From assembly GCA_041661765.1 (NCBI GenBank), contig JBAZTV010000001.1, forward strand, positions 7,755 through 71,754: 64,000 bases of DNA. Reading direction: 5' to 3'. This DNA is from Candidatus Shapirobacteria bacterium (GTDB lineage Bacteria; Patescibacteriota; Microgenomatia; UBA12405). The translations under genes were made by a program, and so were the position numbers. Of this stretch, positions 23,041 through 32,598 are shown piece by piece. Each line of letters starts with the position of its first letter. Position 1 is the first letter of the stretch. Below the pieces are notes generated by a model that saw nothing but the letters and a program-made list of their open reading frames with translations, was not told where the DNA came from and did not search any database.

Positions 23041-23309
23041 TTAATGAAAATCAAACCCAAATTCATAAATAATTCTTGCTTAATTGCCAAAACTACATTT
23101 TCATCAGCATTTTTTATTCGAATATTTTTTTCATCAAAAATCAACTCCGAATAACCTCTTTTAATCATTCTATCTACCATAATCTTAATTATTTCCACAT
23201 ATTCTTCATTTTTATTTTTTTCAAAATGTATCTCTACTATTTTATTCTTATCATCAAAAAATAATTCACCTATTTTTTCATCATTATCCCAAATATTTAT
23301 TTTTTTCAT
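23037..23309 (-). CDS. Hypothetical protein
   Basis: 90-aa ORF with 4-bp overlaps to both neighbours. Confidence 0.6.
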   Translation of the reverse strand: MKKINIWDNDEKIGELFFDDKNKIVEIHFEKNKNEEYVEIIKIMVDRMIKRGYSELIFDEKNIRIKNADENVVLAIKQELFMNLGLIFIK

Positions 23310-25012
23310 AATTTAGATAAATATAAATTTCTAATTTGTTCCCTTGTAAATCCTTTCCTTTCCCAATGCATTTTACTCAACAATAAATTTAAATTTAAGC
23401 TTACTTTAAATTTGGATAAATTTTCTGAATCCATATACGTTTCAAATAATTCCTTCATATACCGAAACCTACTTTCCGACAATATCTGTAGTAAACTTGG
23501 ATCTTTAGTAAACATCATAAAACTCTCACAGAAATCTTCTCTTTTTTTAGTTGATTTCGATTTATTTCCTGCATATCCAACATACCAAGTTATTTCTGTT
23601 TCATCATCTCTCATCACATTTTCCCACTTCTTTAAGTCATCAACTCCTAAATCATTATGTACTCCATGACCAATTTCATGTGTTAAAGTATCCAAAAAAG
23701 CTCCTCTAATAAAAAATTCTTTTTTTTCATTATTATCACCATTATCCATTTCAAATGGTTCATAGATAGTAATATTTCCATAAATTAATTTTCCTTTATC
23801 ATTTAATATTGGTTTAAACTCACCAACTATTACTTTTTTAGTTTTTCCATTTGCATTATCTTCATTGTTTCCAAAATCAATATCATCTTCTGATCGCTCT
23901 CTCGATACCTCTATTTTTCCTATTTTTAAAAAAGCAGTGGGGAGAGTACCTTCCAAAAAGGCTTTCACTATACCCTCGGTAACTACTAATTTTTTACCAT
24001 CACTTGCCTCTAAACCTATTATTTTTATCTTAATTAAAGTTTTTTCCTCTCTTTTAGATTCAATAAAACATTGTTTTTCATCATCATTTTGAGGTAATAA
24101 TCCACTCTCTATTAATTTCTTTTCATCTTCTATAAACCTCTTCTCTATTGCTTTTAAAAATCTTGGATCATAGTGTGAATCATCAACCTCAGAATCAAAA
24201 TAGTAATGATGATCTAATAATTTTAAAAACAACATTGTTGGATTTTTAAAATTATTCGTCAGCCTATAAATCATATGTAAGGTATTAGTTTCAAGTAATT
24301 TTTCATTAACTCTATTCACCTTCTCTAATAAAGATTTTTTACTTATACTTTCACTTTTTTCATTTTTTCCATCAGACAAATTGTTTTTTTCTTGAAAATC
24401 TAAAAATCCATGATTATCACATCTACTTCTTATCTTTTTCAAAGACTCTTCAATTGAATATAGAGAATAAAGATCATTTTGTTCTAATTTCTCATCATCT
24501 CCCGATACTATCACTTCTCTCAATGAGAGAATATCATCAATTGATACAATATGACCAAGGAATTCATCATTTTTATTGTCTAAAAAATAATTCACTACTT
24601 TATTAAAATTAATTTGGCCCGAAAGTTCGTTTGCAAAGATTTTTATGTCCTCAACTACATAAGGTTTACACTCTTCTTTTAAAGAAAAAAACTCATTTTC
24701 TTTTTTATAAATTTCAAAACCTAAATTTACAATTTTAGTTATATTAGATTGATCTTTATATTCTTCTAAAAGTTTCTCTATCATTTCACTTTTTTCAGAT
24801 AAAGACATTTCATTATTATCTATAACAACAAAAAACGAATCATTTATTTGATCCCGATCACTTTCTGAAAGATTATCATAAAGTTCATTTCCTTCATTTC
24901 TCATTACATCTAAATGACTTTCTGTATTTTTAATATCACTTTCAACTACACTTCTAGACCTAGCCATTATCTCAACTTTAGAATAAAGTTCTCCAACACC
25001 AGTTGTTTCCAT
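23306..25012 (-). CDS. Hypothetical acidic protein with C-terminal zincin-like metallopeptidase motif
   Basis: LTHEIGHGVH (HExxH) followed by Y...REDFCESF. Confidence 0.6.
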   Translation of the reverse strand: METTGVGELYSKVEIMARSRSVVESDIKNTESHLDVMRNEGNELYDNLSESDRDQINDSFFVVIDNNEMSLSEKSEMIEKLLEEYKDQSNITKIVNLGFEIYKKENEFFSLKEECKPYVVEDIKIFANELSGQINFNKVVNYFLDNKNDEFLGHIVSIDDILSLREVIVSGDDEKLEQNDLYSLYSIEESLKKIRSRCDNHGFLDFQEKNNLSDGKNEKSESISKKSLLEKVNRVNEKLLETNTLHMIYRLTNNFKNPTMLFLKLLDHHYYFDSEVDDSHYDPRFLKAIEKRFIEDEKKLIESGLLPQNDDEKQCFIESKREEKTLIKIKIIGLEASDGKKLVVTEGIVKAFLEGTLPTAFLKIGKIEVSRERSEDDIDFGNNEDNANGKTKKVIVGEFKPILNDKGKLIYGNITIYEPFEMDNGDNNEKKEFFIRGAFLDTLTHEIGHGVHNDLGVDDLKKWENVMRDDETEITWYVGYAGNKSKSTKKREDFCESFMMFTKDPSLLQILSESRFRYMKELFETYMDSENLSKFKVSLNLNLLLSKMHWERKGFTREQIRNLYLSKL

Positions 25013-25058
25013 TAAACTAGATTAAAGAAATTCATTTCAATAGTCAAATAAATCCAAT

Positions 25059-25466
25059 TTAATTCCTTATTTTTGTATATCTACTTTTTCCAAAAGCCAA
25101 AATTGGATAAAAAATCATCGGCAAAAATATCAATCCTAAAACAAATCCCATTGATTTTTTAAATGACTTAACCAAATTAAGCAGAACCACCAATCCAATA
25201 ATTATGTTAACTAAGGGAATAAACATTAAAAATATATACCAAATTGGCATCCCCACAATTTCCAATAAAACCACCATGTTATAAACTGGAACCAATGCCG
25301 CCCAGCCAGGTTTCCCGGCTTTCACAAAAATCTTCCAGGCCGATGCCAACATCAATATTAAAAATAAAAAACAAATAAAATTACCAAACATTCCCATTCC
25401 CCCAATTCCTGCCGCATAACCATAACCAGCATGATAACCAGAAGTATTATAAATGTAATTATTCAT
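25059..25466 (-). CDS. Small membrane protein (DUF5684-like)
   Basis: WKIFVKAGKPGWAALVPVYN...LAFGKSRY. Confidence 0.8.
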   Translation of the reverse strand: MNNYIYNTSGYHAGYGYAAGIGGMGMFGNFICFLFLILMLASAWKIFVKAGKPGWAALVPVYNMVVLLEIVGMPIWYIFLMFIPLVNIIIGLVVLLNLVKSFKKSMGFVLGLIFLPMIFYPILAFGKSRYTKIRN

Positions 25467-25545
25467 ACATTAATATTAATACACCATTTCCAAAAGTCAA
25501 ACGCTTTATCTACGATCTATCATCAACAATCCAAGATCTAATTTG

Positions 25546-25619
25546 TGGGTGATGGGGGACTCGAACCTCCGACCCCTGTCTTATCAGGACAGTGCTCTAA
25601 CCAACTGAGCTAATCACCC
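25546..25619 (-). tRNA. tRNA-Ile(GAT)
   Basis: GGGTGAT/ATCACCC acceptor stem; anticodon loop CTGATAA; TTCGA T-loop; no encoded CCA. Confidence 0.95.
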
Positions 25620-25755
25620 GTACGTAAAAGTAAACCTATTGTAGCAATAAGTTTACTAAATTTAAATACCAAAACATCAATATCAGCCGCCCTGTCAAGG
25701 GAGGTGGCGATCCCGCAGCAGCGGGAAGAGACGGAGGGTTTTAAAACAGAGAGGT

Positions 25756-26691
25756 TTAACAATGTTTCAAAAACATCTCCACTATTAATTTTGCCACATT
25801 AATTCCAGTCGACTTTTCAAATCCCTGAAATTGACATTGTCGATTCACTTCCAACACAAAACTATTTCCTTCATCATCTTTCATGATATCTACTCCACAA
25901 TAATCCAATCCACAAACATTAGCCACTTTTTCGGCAATTTCTCTATCTTTCTGAGACAAATCCCAACCTTCAACCTTTCCCCCTAAACTAAAATTACTTC
26001 TAAATTCATCTCCCACCGCCGATCTTTTCATGGCTCCAATTGCTTTTCCATCCAACACAATAATTCTCAAATCCCATCTGGTTGGTAAACATTTTTGCCA
26101 CAAAAACATCCCTACATTTTTTTCATTAATTCTTCTGACAAATTTTCTTAGTTCTTTAAAGTTTTCAAATTTTCTTACCGATTTACCTTGAAACCCTCTT
26201 TCATGTTTAGCAATTATCGGCCAACCAAAACTTTCCCCAATTTTGCTCTCTAAAACTTGTTCCTTCGTATAGAATATTTTTGTCGGAATTACTGACACCT
26301 CATTTTCTAAAAACACCCCATGTTGAGCAATTTTCCCCATTCTTGTCCAATGTAAATATCCTTCTTTATTAGCACAAAATATTGATTTTTCTGTAAGAGC
26401 AGACCCTTGTGTCTGCCCACTCAATAATCTTATTGCTAAATTTCTCGCCTCAGTATATTTTCCCGATCTAGTACCCGCCACCCTAAACCACATTCCCAAA
26501 GTATTTTTCCCATTAATTTCTTCTCCTTTAATAAAAACTTTCGCCTTTCCATTCTCTACATTAAAAGTCAAATCCTTATACAAAGCTCTATTCACTTCCA
26601 CTCCCAATTTCTTTGCCTCAGATTCCAATCTATCCACCTCAAATTGGCTTTGTCTTAACGACATTGTAAATGTAACGATTTTTTTATTCAT
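25756..26691 (-). CDS. RimK-family ATP-grasp ligase
   Basis: GFQGKSV, DLRIIVL, FRSNFSLGG, CGVDI, VLEVN. Confidence 0.88.
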   Translation of the reverse strand: MNKKIVTFTMSLRQSQFEVDRLESEAKKLGVEVNRALYKDLTFNVENGKAKVFIKGEEINGKNTLGMWFRVAGTRSGKYTEARNLAIRLLSGQTQGSALTEKSIFCANKEGYLHWTRMGKIAQHGVFLENEVSVIPTKIFYTKEQVLESKIGESFGWPIIAKHERGFQGKSVRKFENFKELRKFVRRINEKNVGMFLWQKCLPTRWDLRIIVLDGKAIGAMKRSAVGDEFRSNFSLGGKVEGWDLSQKDREIAEKVANVCGLDYCGVDIMKDDEGNSFVLEVNRQCQFQGFEKSTGINVAKLIVEMFLKHC

Positions 26692-26735
26692 AATTTTCAC
26701 TATTAATTAATAAGTCCCTCTTGTCAAAGAGGGAT

Positions 26736-27818
26736 TTAGGGAGATTTCAATGATACTAAAAATTTAACCATTTCCATTGGCACATCAATTCCAGTTGCCT
26801 CCATAAATCCCTTAAATTGTGGTCCTTTATTCACTTCCCAAATTATCGGCTGGCTCAAGTCATTATTTCTAAAAGCCACATCTACTCCTGCCACTGCCAA
26901 TCCACAAACCTTAGCTGCCTTAACTGCCAATTGTTTAATTTCTTCCGACAATTCAGCCAATTCAACCTTTCCTCCAGCTGAATAATTATTTTTAAATTCA
27001 TCTTTATTTTGACTGCTTCTTTTCATCACTCCCAACACTTTTTCTCCCAACACCAACACTCGAAAATCCCCATCATTAGGGATAAACTCTTGCAGCATAT
27101 ATCTTCTTCCCTCATCAATTTCACTTTTTCTCAAATCTCTTACCAATTTTTCTAATTGTTCCAAATTATCCGTCTTAAACACTCTCGTCCCCCTGTCTCC
27201 ACCCGAACCCTTAATAATTACTGGAAATTTCCAAATATAATCAGTCGAGCCAGAAATATTTTTTTGGAGCGCAACATCCGAGGTGCAATGCCGAAGGGCG
27301 TGAGCACCAACAAAAATGTTTTGGCGATCAGACTGATTATTCATAAATTCATACAAATACCACAAACTTCCATAAACTGTTTTCGGTACCTCTATTCCCG
27401 CTTCTTTCAAAGCCAACATTTGCCAAGCCTTACACGCCATACTTGGTTTTCCACTTTCCACTAATGGATCAACGATGATTGGTTTTTTTAAGTCTCCCTT
27501 TAAGTCAAAGGGAGATTTAGAGGGATTTTTTATCTGATTAATAATCAAATCAACTTCTTCCCAATGTTTTCCCGTCGTTCTAAAAAACAACACATCGTAA
27601 TCGTCTACTTTTTTATAATCATCAAATTGGTTTATTCTACTTTCCCCACTTAAATTTGGTCTAATTAAAATTTCTTTTTTTTCCGTATCAAAACAAACTT
27701 TGTTGTATGACACCAAATCCAAACTAACCCCCAATTTTTTAGCCGCCTTTTTAACCAACACCAAATGTTGACTTATCTTCCCTCCAAAAAACACTGCTAT
27801 TTTTGTTTGTTTGTTCAT
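26736..27818 (-). CDS. RimK-family ATP-grasp ligase (carries two repeat-derived insertions)
   Basis: GGDRGTRV, QEFI, DFRVLVLG, FKNNYSAGG, AGVDV, WEVN. Confidence 0.88.
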   Translation of the reverse strand: MNKQTKIAVFFGGKISQHLVLVKKAAKKLGVSLDLVSYNKVCFDTEKKEILIRPNLSGESRINQFDDYKKVDDYDVLFFRTTGKHWEEVDLIINQIKNPSKSPFDLKGDLKKPIIVDPLVESGKPSMACKAWQMLALKEAGIEVPKTVYGSLWYLYEFMNNQSDRQNIFVGAHALRHCTSDVALQKNISGSTDYIWKFPVIIKGSGGDRGTRVFKTDNLEQLEKLVRDLRKSEIDEGRRYMLQEFIPNDGDFRVLVLGEKVLGVMKRSSQNKDEFKNNYSAGGKVELAELSEEIKQLAVKAAKVCGLAVAGVDVAFRNNDLSQPIIWEVNKGPQFKGFMEATGIDVPMEMVKFLVSLKSP

Positions 27819-27895
27819 TTTATGTTTAATATTTAATTATTTTTTATTTTAAGCCTCCCTGTCAAGAGAGGATGCCCGAAGGACAGGTGGGTTTT

Positions 27896-29260
27896 TTATT
27901 TTTTCGCACTAACTAAAAAATCCCCTAAATCCTTTCTCCCCAATAAAAATTTCGTTCTCAATTTTCCTCTATCTGCCACATTCACTGCTGTTATTACTTT
28001 TTTACCATTCAACCAAAAAGTAATTCCTATCACTGGTCGATCTATATGTTTTCCCAAACTTGATCGATAATTTCGATAATATAAAATTCTTTCTTTAGCT
28101 AATAATCCTAATTTTTCAGCCAAATCCCTATCGATTGAACTCCTAAACGCCCCAGTATCCACCTTAGCTCTTACATTTACCACTCGATGTTTTCCTTGCT
28201 TAATAATCGGGCTTTTTTGTAAAATTGGTTTAAATCCTTTTATGATTTTAACCTTAATTATTTCAATTGGTTCCACTGTTTTTCTTTTTTCCTTTTCTTC
28301 AACTTTCTCAAAAAAACTTTCTCCAAATAAATATTTAACCAAAGTAATTGCATGTTCCACACTTCTCACCGTAATTTCATCTACTTTTTCCATTCTCAAT
28401 TTTAATCCTGCCTTATTACAAATCTGAATCGAAAGTCCTGGTCTAGCATTCACTTCTAATACCATTGGTCCCTTTTCTTTATCTAAGACTACATCTACAC
28501 CCATAAATCCTAAAGCCGGAATTGCTCTTTGACAATTAATTGCCGTCTCTAAAATTTCTTTCCAAAACGGAATTTTAATTCCATTTACTTTTCTGTTTTT
28601 CTTTTTTCCATAATCATAAATTCGATAAATTTGTTCCCCTTTTCCTTCAACCCCAAAAGTTGTAATTCCTGTTGCCAAATCTACCCCTAAACCTATCGCT
28701 CCTTGTTGTAAATTTGCCTTACCTCCCGACGCTTCTGTCGGAATTCTAAACATCGCCATCACTGGCACATTATTATAAACAATCACTCTAATGTCTGGTG
28801 TTCCCGATTTAGTCAAAGCCAAAAACAATGGATGAATTTTAATTCTTTCTTCCACAAGTACCTTATCAGGCATCGCATGTAAACTATATTTCCCCGCCAA
28901 AATTTCTTGACAATGCAAACTTAAATCGCTACTACTAACAATTTCTCCATTCATTTTTTGCCACTCACCCGCCCATTTTCCTCTTTTTCGAATAATTAAA
29001 ATTCCCTCCCCGCCATATCCTGATTCTGGTTTAATCACAAAGTTTCCTTCCAAATCTTCCCATCGAAATTTTGCCAAGTCTTGGTCATTCTTAAATCTAG
29101 TAATCAACTTTGGCACCGACACCCCCGCTTTAGAAATTATTTTTTTAGTTTTAAATTTACTATCAGCAATCGCTCTACCACTAGCACTATTTTTCCTCAA
29201 ATAAATTTTATTTCTCTCATTCTTAGTCAGAAATTGCCGATATTTTCTTAAATTAAACAT
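27896..29260 (-). CDS. Alpha-L-glutamate ligase-like ATP-grasp protein fused to a retropepsin-like/RimB-type protease domain
   Basis: VIKPESGYGGEGI, PDIRVIV, KANLQQGAIG, LEVNARPGLSIQ; C-terminal AKVDTGAFRSSID...LLGR. Confidence 0.85.
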   Translation of the reverse strand: MFNLRKYRQFLTKNERNKIYLRKNSASGRAIADSKFKTKKIISKAGVSVPKLITRFKNDQDLAKFRWEDLEGNFVIKPESGYGGEGILIIRKRGKWAGEWQKMNGEIVSSSDLSLHCQEILAGKYSLHAMPDKVLVEERIKIHPLFLALTKSGTPDIRVIVYNNVPVMAMFRIPTEASGGKANLQQGAIGLGVDLATGITTFGVEGKGEQIYRIYDYGKKKNRKVNGIKIPFWKEILETAINCQRAIPALGFMGVDVVLDKEKGPMVLEVNARPGLSIQICNKAGLKLRMEKVDEITVRSVEHAITLVKYLFGESFFEKVEEKEKRKTVEPIEIIKVKIIKGFKPILQKSPIIKQGKHRVVNVRAKVDTGAFRSSIDRDLAEKLGLLAKERILYYRNYRSSLGKHIDRPVIGITFWLNGKKVITAVNVADRGKLRTKFLLGRKDLGDFLVSAKK

Positions 29261-29311
29261 AATTTATTTATTTTGTTAAGTCTCCCCTGTCAAGGGGAGA
29301 TTTAGAGGGGT

Positions 29312-30178
29312 TTAAATCTTCTTAGTTCGTATCGCCCCTTTAAACCTATTAATTTCTGTCAATCTTATTCCTGAATAATTCCCAATCAATAAATTTGAAA
29401 CTAATACTACCAATATAATCAACTCCGGATATTTCAAAACCAAATTTTGAATTGAACCAAAACTCATAAATATCGATCCACTCATAGCCAAAACAATTGT
29501 TCCCGCCATTAATTTTTTAGCTTCCTTTTTACTTTTAACCAATTGAGTTCTTACAAACTCTTCAGTTAAAAGTATCATAAATAAAATTGGAAAAATTGAA
29601 ATCTCACTAATATCAATAACGTTAACAAAACTCGTCAATAACATTAATGCAAATACTGCTACTGAAATAAACATCAAATTAATTGCTCTTGCTGGCCAAA
29701 AATGAATCTTCAATTTTTTCAAAACCATATTACCCAAAAGAGAAATTCCCAAAATTAATGCAAACAACAACAATCCTCCAAAAAATCCCGTTGACAGAAA
29801 AGCCACCGCAATCATTGTCGGCATAAAGATTCCATAACCCGACAAGCCCACCACATAATGCAAAAAAGATACCAAAGTTGCTATTAATGGTAATAACAAT
29901 AACAAAACTATTGTATTAGTTGATACACCTCTATCAATTGCCGTCTTTATCATCCATCTAAAACTATTAAACCCATTCCATTTACCCACTTCATAACTAA
30001 TTTTATTACTTTTTGCTTCAGTAATATTAATCGTCGGCACCACTGTCGGCATTAAAGTTGCCGTTGGAGTTGCAGTTACCGTTGGTGTAATTATTGTCTT
30101 AGCTAAAATTGGTTTAAATCCAAAAGCTAAAAAACAAACAGCAAATACTATTAATAGTGGGGCAACTATTTTTTTCAT
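29312..30178 (-). CDS. 7TM membrane protein of the type linked to inactive transglutaminase/ATP-grasp operons
   Basis: LLLLPLIATLV...VGLSGYGIFMP; IFPILFMI; GNYSGIRLTE. Confidence 0.8.
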   Translation of the reverse strand: MKKIVAPLLIVFAVCFLAFGFKPILAKTIITPTVTATPTATLMPTVVPTINITEAKSNKISYEVGKWNGFNSFRWMIKTAIDRGVSTNTIVLLLLLPLIATLVSFLHYVVGLSGYGIFMPTMIAVAFLSTGFFGGLLLFALILGISLLGNMVLKKLKIHFWPARAINLMFISVAVFALMLLTSFVNVIDISEISIFPILFMILLTEEFVRTQLVKSKKEAKKLMAGTIVLAMSGSIFMSFGSIQNLVLKYPELIILVVLVSNLLIGNYSGIRLTEINRFKGAIRTKKI

Positions 30179-30358
30179 ATGTTTATTTTACTTTATATCT
30201 AGTTCTAAATCTGAGACCTGAAATTTGACATCTAAGATCTCTAATGTTGCGTATTATAACACCGATTTTTCAAAAAAAACCACCAAAGACTTCTCCCTTT
30301 GTTAAGGGGAGATGTCCGCAGGACAGAGAGGTTTTTTTATAGTATAATTCAAACAAAT

Positions 30359-30691
30359 ATGAACTCCGTTTTAGCCTTTAATCTTAGTGACATCCAACTT
30401 GGACAAACTTCTAACACTCTTGGCGGCAGTTACTCCACTACCAGTTCTCTTATTTCTATTATTCTCAAAACTTCCATTACTATTGCCAGTATTATTTTTC
30501 TTGGCCTTTTGATTTTTGGTGGAATTACCTTTATAATGAACGCAGGCAGTGGTGATTCCAAAAAAGCCGATCAAGGCAAAACAGCCATCACCAACGCTGT
30601 AATTGGATTCGCTATTGTGCTTTTAGCCTATACCATAATCCAAATTATCGAAGTTATTACTGGACTAAACATTTTAAATCCAAATTTATAA
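30359..30691 (+). CDS. TrbC/VirB2-like T4SS pilin 1
   Basis: Two hydrophobic helices around GGITFIMNAGSGDSKKADQGKTAITNAVIG. Confidence 0.75.
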   Translation: MNSVLAFNLSDIQLGQTSNTLGGSYSTTSSLISIILKTSITIASIIFLGLLIFGGITFIMNAGSGDSKKADQGKTAITNAVIGFAIVLLAYTIIQIIEVITGLNILNPNL

Positions 30692-30693
30692 TT

Positions 30694-30999
30694 ATGGCAT
30701 CAATTTTTGGAAACATTTCCAACCCCACTTCTTTTGCTAACGGTCCTCAAGGTTTCTTTGATTTTTTAAGCGCTATTTTTAAAGTTGCCGGCACAGTTGC
30801 TGGTATTTTCTTTATTATTAAAATAATTATGGCTGGTTTTAGTTACCTCAACGCTGGTGGAGATGAAAAGAAAATCTCCCAAGCTTGGGCTACCATTTGG
30901 CAAAGTATAGTTGGTTTCGTTATTGTTGCCTCTGCTTTTGTCATCGCCAGTGTCATCGGCAACTTAACTGGAATTAATATTCTTAACCCTACTCTATGA
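30694..30999 (+). CDS. TrbC/VirB2-like T4SS pilin 2
   Basis: AGFSYLNAGGDEKKISQAWATIWQSIVG. Confidence 0.75.
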   Translation: MASIFGNISNPTSFANGPQGFFDFLSAIFKVAGTVAGIFFIIKIIMAGFSYLNAGGDEKKISQAWATIWQSIVGFVIVASAFVIASVIGNLTGINILNPTL

Positions 31000-31340
31000 A
31001 CCATTTAACCAATAATCTTTTAGCCTACACTCTCACTGGTCCAGGTATTAAACCTGGATCCAATTCTGTTTCCACCTTAGAAAAAATTATTAGTTCTGTC
31101 ATTGGCATTTTAACCCTTGTTGGTGTTATTTACTTCACCATTCAAATAATTTTAGCCGGATATAAATTAATTGCTTCCCAAGGAGATCCAAAAGAATTCG
31201 AATCTGGTAAAAAAAGATTAACCACAAATATTATCGGTTTAGCTGTTATTGTTCTCGCCTACGGGCTCGGTGCCCTAATCGCCAGCTTACTCGGAATGAG
31301 CAGTATTTTTGATTTATCAACCGTTTTTAAACCAATTTAA
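30996..31340 (+). CDS. TrbC/VirB2-like T4SS pilin 3
   Basis: AGYKLIASQGDPKEFESGKKRLTTNIIG. Confidence 0.75.
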   Translation: MNHLTNNLLAYTLTGPGIKPGSNSVSTLEKIISSVIGILTLVGVIYFTIQIILAGYKLIASQGDPKEFESGKKRLTTNIIGLAVIVLAYGLGALIASLLGMSSIFDLSTVFKPI

Positions 31341-31341
31341 T

Positions 31342-31668
31342 ATGGCCATCACCAATCCTGTTTTAAAAAATAGTTCTAATATTAGTAGTAACCCCACTGG
31401 CTACTTTAACAGTGCCATTCAAACTATGATTTCTCTTTTTTTTATTTTTGGCCTAATCTACTTTATTTTTCATTTAGTTCTTGCCGGCTACAAAATGATT
31501 TCCTCTCAAGGGGATCCTAAAAAATATGAAGAGGCTCAACATAGCCTTATCTACTCTTTAATTGGTATTGCTATCGTCTTTTCCATTTTTGCCCTACTCA
31601 AAATTGTTGGCACTATTTTCGGTATCACCGGATTAGAAAGTTTAACCATTACCTGGCCATCCCTTTAA
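31342..31668 (+). CDS. TrbC/VirB2-like T4SS pilin 4
   Basis: AGYKMISSQGDPKKYEEAQHSLIYSLIG. Confidence 0.75.
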   Translation: MAITNPVLKNSSNISSNPTGYFNSAIQTMISLFFIFGLIYFIFHLVLAGYKMISSQGDPKKYEEAQHSLIYSLIGIAIVFSIFALLKIVGTIFGITGLESLTITWPSL

Positions 31669-31717
31669 TATTTAAAATTTACTGGTAAAATTAATTAATA
31701 GTTATTAAATCAAAAAA

Positions 31718-32098
31718 ATGATCAAAGAAATAAAAAACAAAATTCAATTTGCAGCTGTTGCTGCTCCAATCTACGCCGCTCAAAGTTTAGAACTTACTGG
31801 TAAAGAGGGAAGCTTTTCTAACCTCGAAAATTTAACCATTAACGGTATGGTTTCTGGTGCTATTAGTTTAGTTTTAATTGTCGTGTCGTTAGTTTTCTTC
31901 TTTATTCTTGTCATCGGTGGTCTCAAGTGGATCACTTCTGGTGGAGATGAAAAAAAGGTTGCTGCCGCTCGTGCTGAAATTACCAATGCTTTAATCGGTT
32001 TAGTTATTGTCTTTGCCGCTTGGGCCATTATGAAACTTATTGGCTCCATCTTTGGCATCAACATCCTTGGAACTCTAACCATTCCAACTTTCCAATAA
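31718..32098 (+). CDS. TrbC/VirB2-like T4SS pilin 5
   Basis: GGLKWITSGGDEKKVAAARAEITNALIG. Confidence 0.8.
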   Translation: MIKEIKNKIQFAAVAAPIYAAQSLELTGKEGSFSNLENLTINGMVSGAISLVLIVVSLVFFFILVIGGLKWITSGGDEKKVAAARAEITNALIGLVIVFAAWAIMKLIGSIFGINILGTLTIPTFQ

Positions 32099-32115
32099 AA
32101 TCAATTTGATTTTTC

Positions 32116-32147
32116 ACCCCTCCAATAATTTGGAGGGGTTTTTGTTT
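32116..32147 (+). terminator. Intrinsic terminator after pilin 5
   Basis: acccctccaa-taat-ttggaggggt followed by a T-rich tract. Confidence 0.7.
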
Positions 32148-32244
32148 AGACTTCTCCTTTTTTTTAATAAAAATAAAAGTGCCCTGTCAAGGGAAAGGTG
32201 GTACGAAGTACCAAAGGGTTTTAACTTTATAGTATAATTAATCC

Positions 32245-32598
32245 ATGAATTTAATCTCAAATATTTTCTCTCCTCCCCCAGTTTATGCCCAATCAGTTTG
32301 GAATAGTACTTGTGTTAAAGATACCGACGTCGCCACTATCCAAGGTTTTAATTGCCTTTTTGCTAATATTGCCCAAGTTATCGTTTATTTTGCTGGTCTT
32401 GCCTTTTTTATCATGTTCATTCGCGGTGGCTTCAGTTATCTAACTTCCAGTGGCGATCCAAAAAAAACAGCTAAAGCCACTTCCACCCTCACCCTGGCCA
32501 TTATTGGCCTAGTTGGAGTTATTATTTCCTACCTAATCATCAAATTCATCGGTGATTTTACAGGCATCAATATTACTGAGTTTAATATTCCCAGTTAA
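32245..32598 (+). CDS. TrbC/VirB2-like T4SS pilin 6
   Basis: GGFSYLTSSGDPKKTAKATSTLTLAIIG. Confidence 0.75.
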   Translation: MNLISNIFSPPPVYAQSVWNSTCVKDTDVATIQGFNCLFANIAQVIVYFAGLAFFIMFIRGGFSYLTSSGDPKKTAKATSTLTLAIIGLVGVIISYLIIKFIGDFTGINITEFNIPS

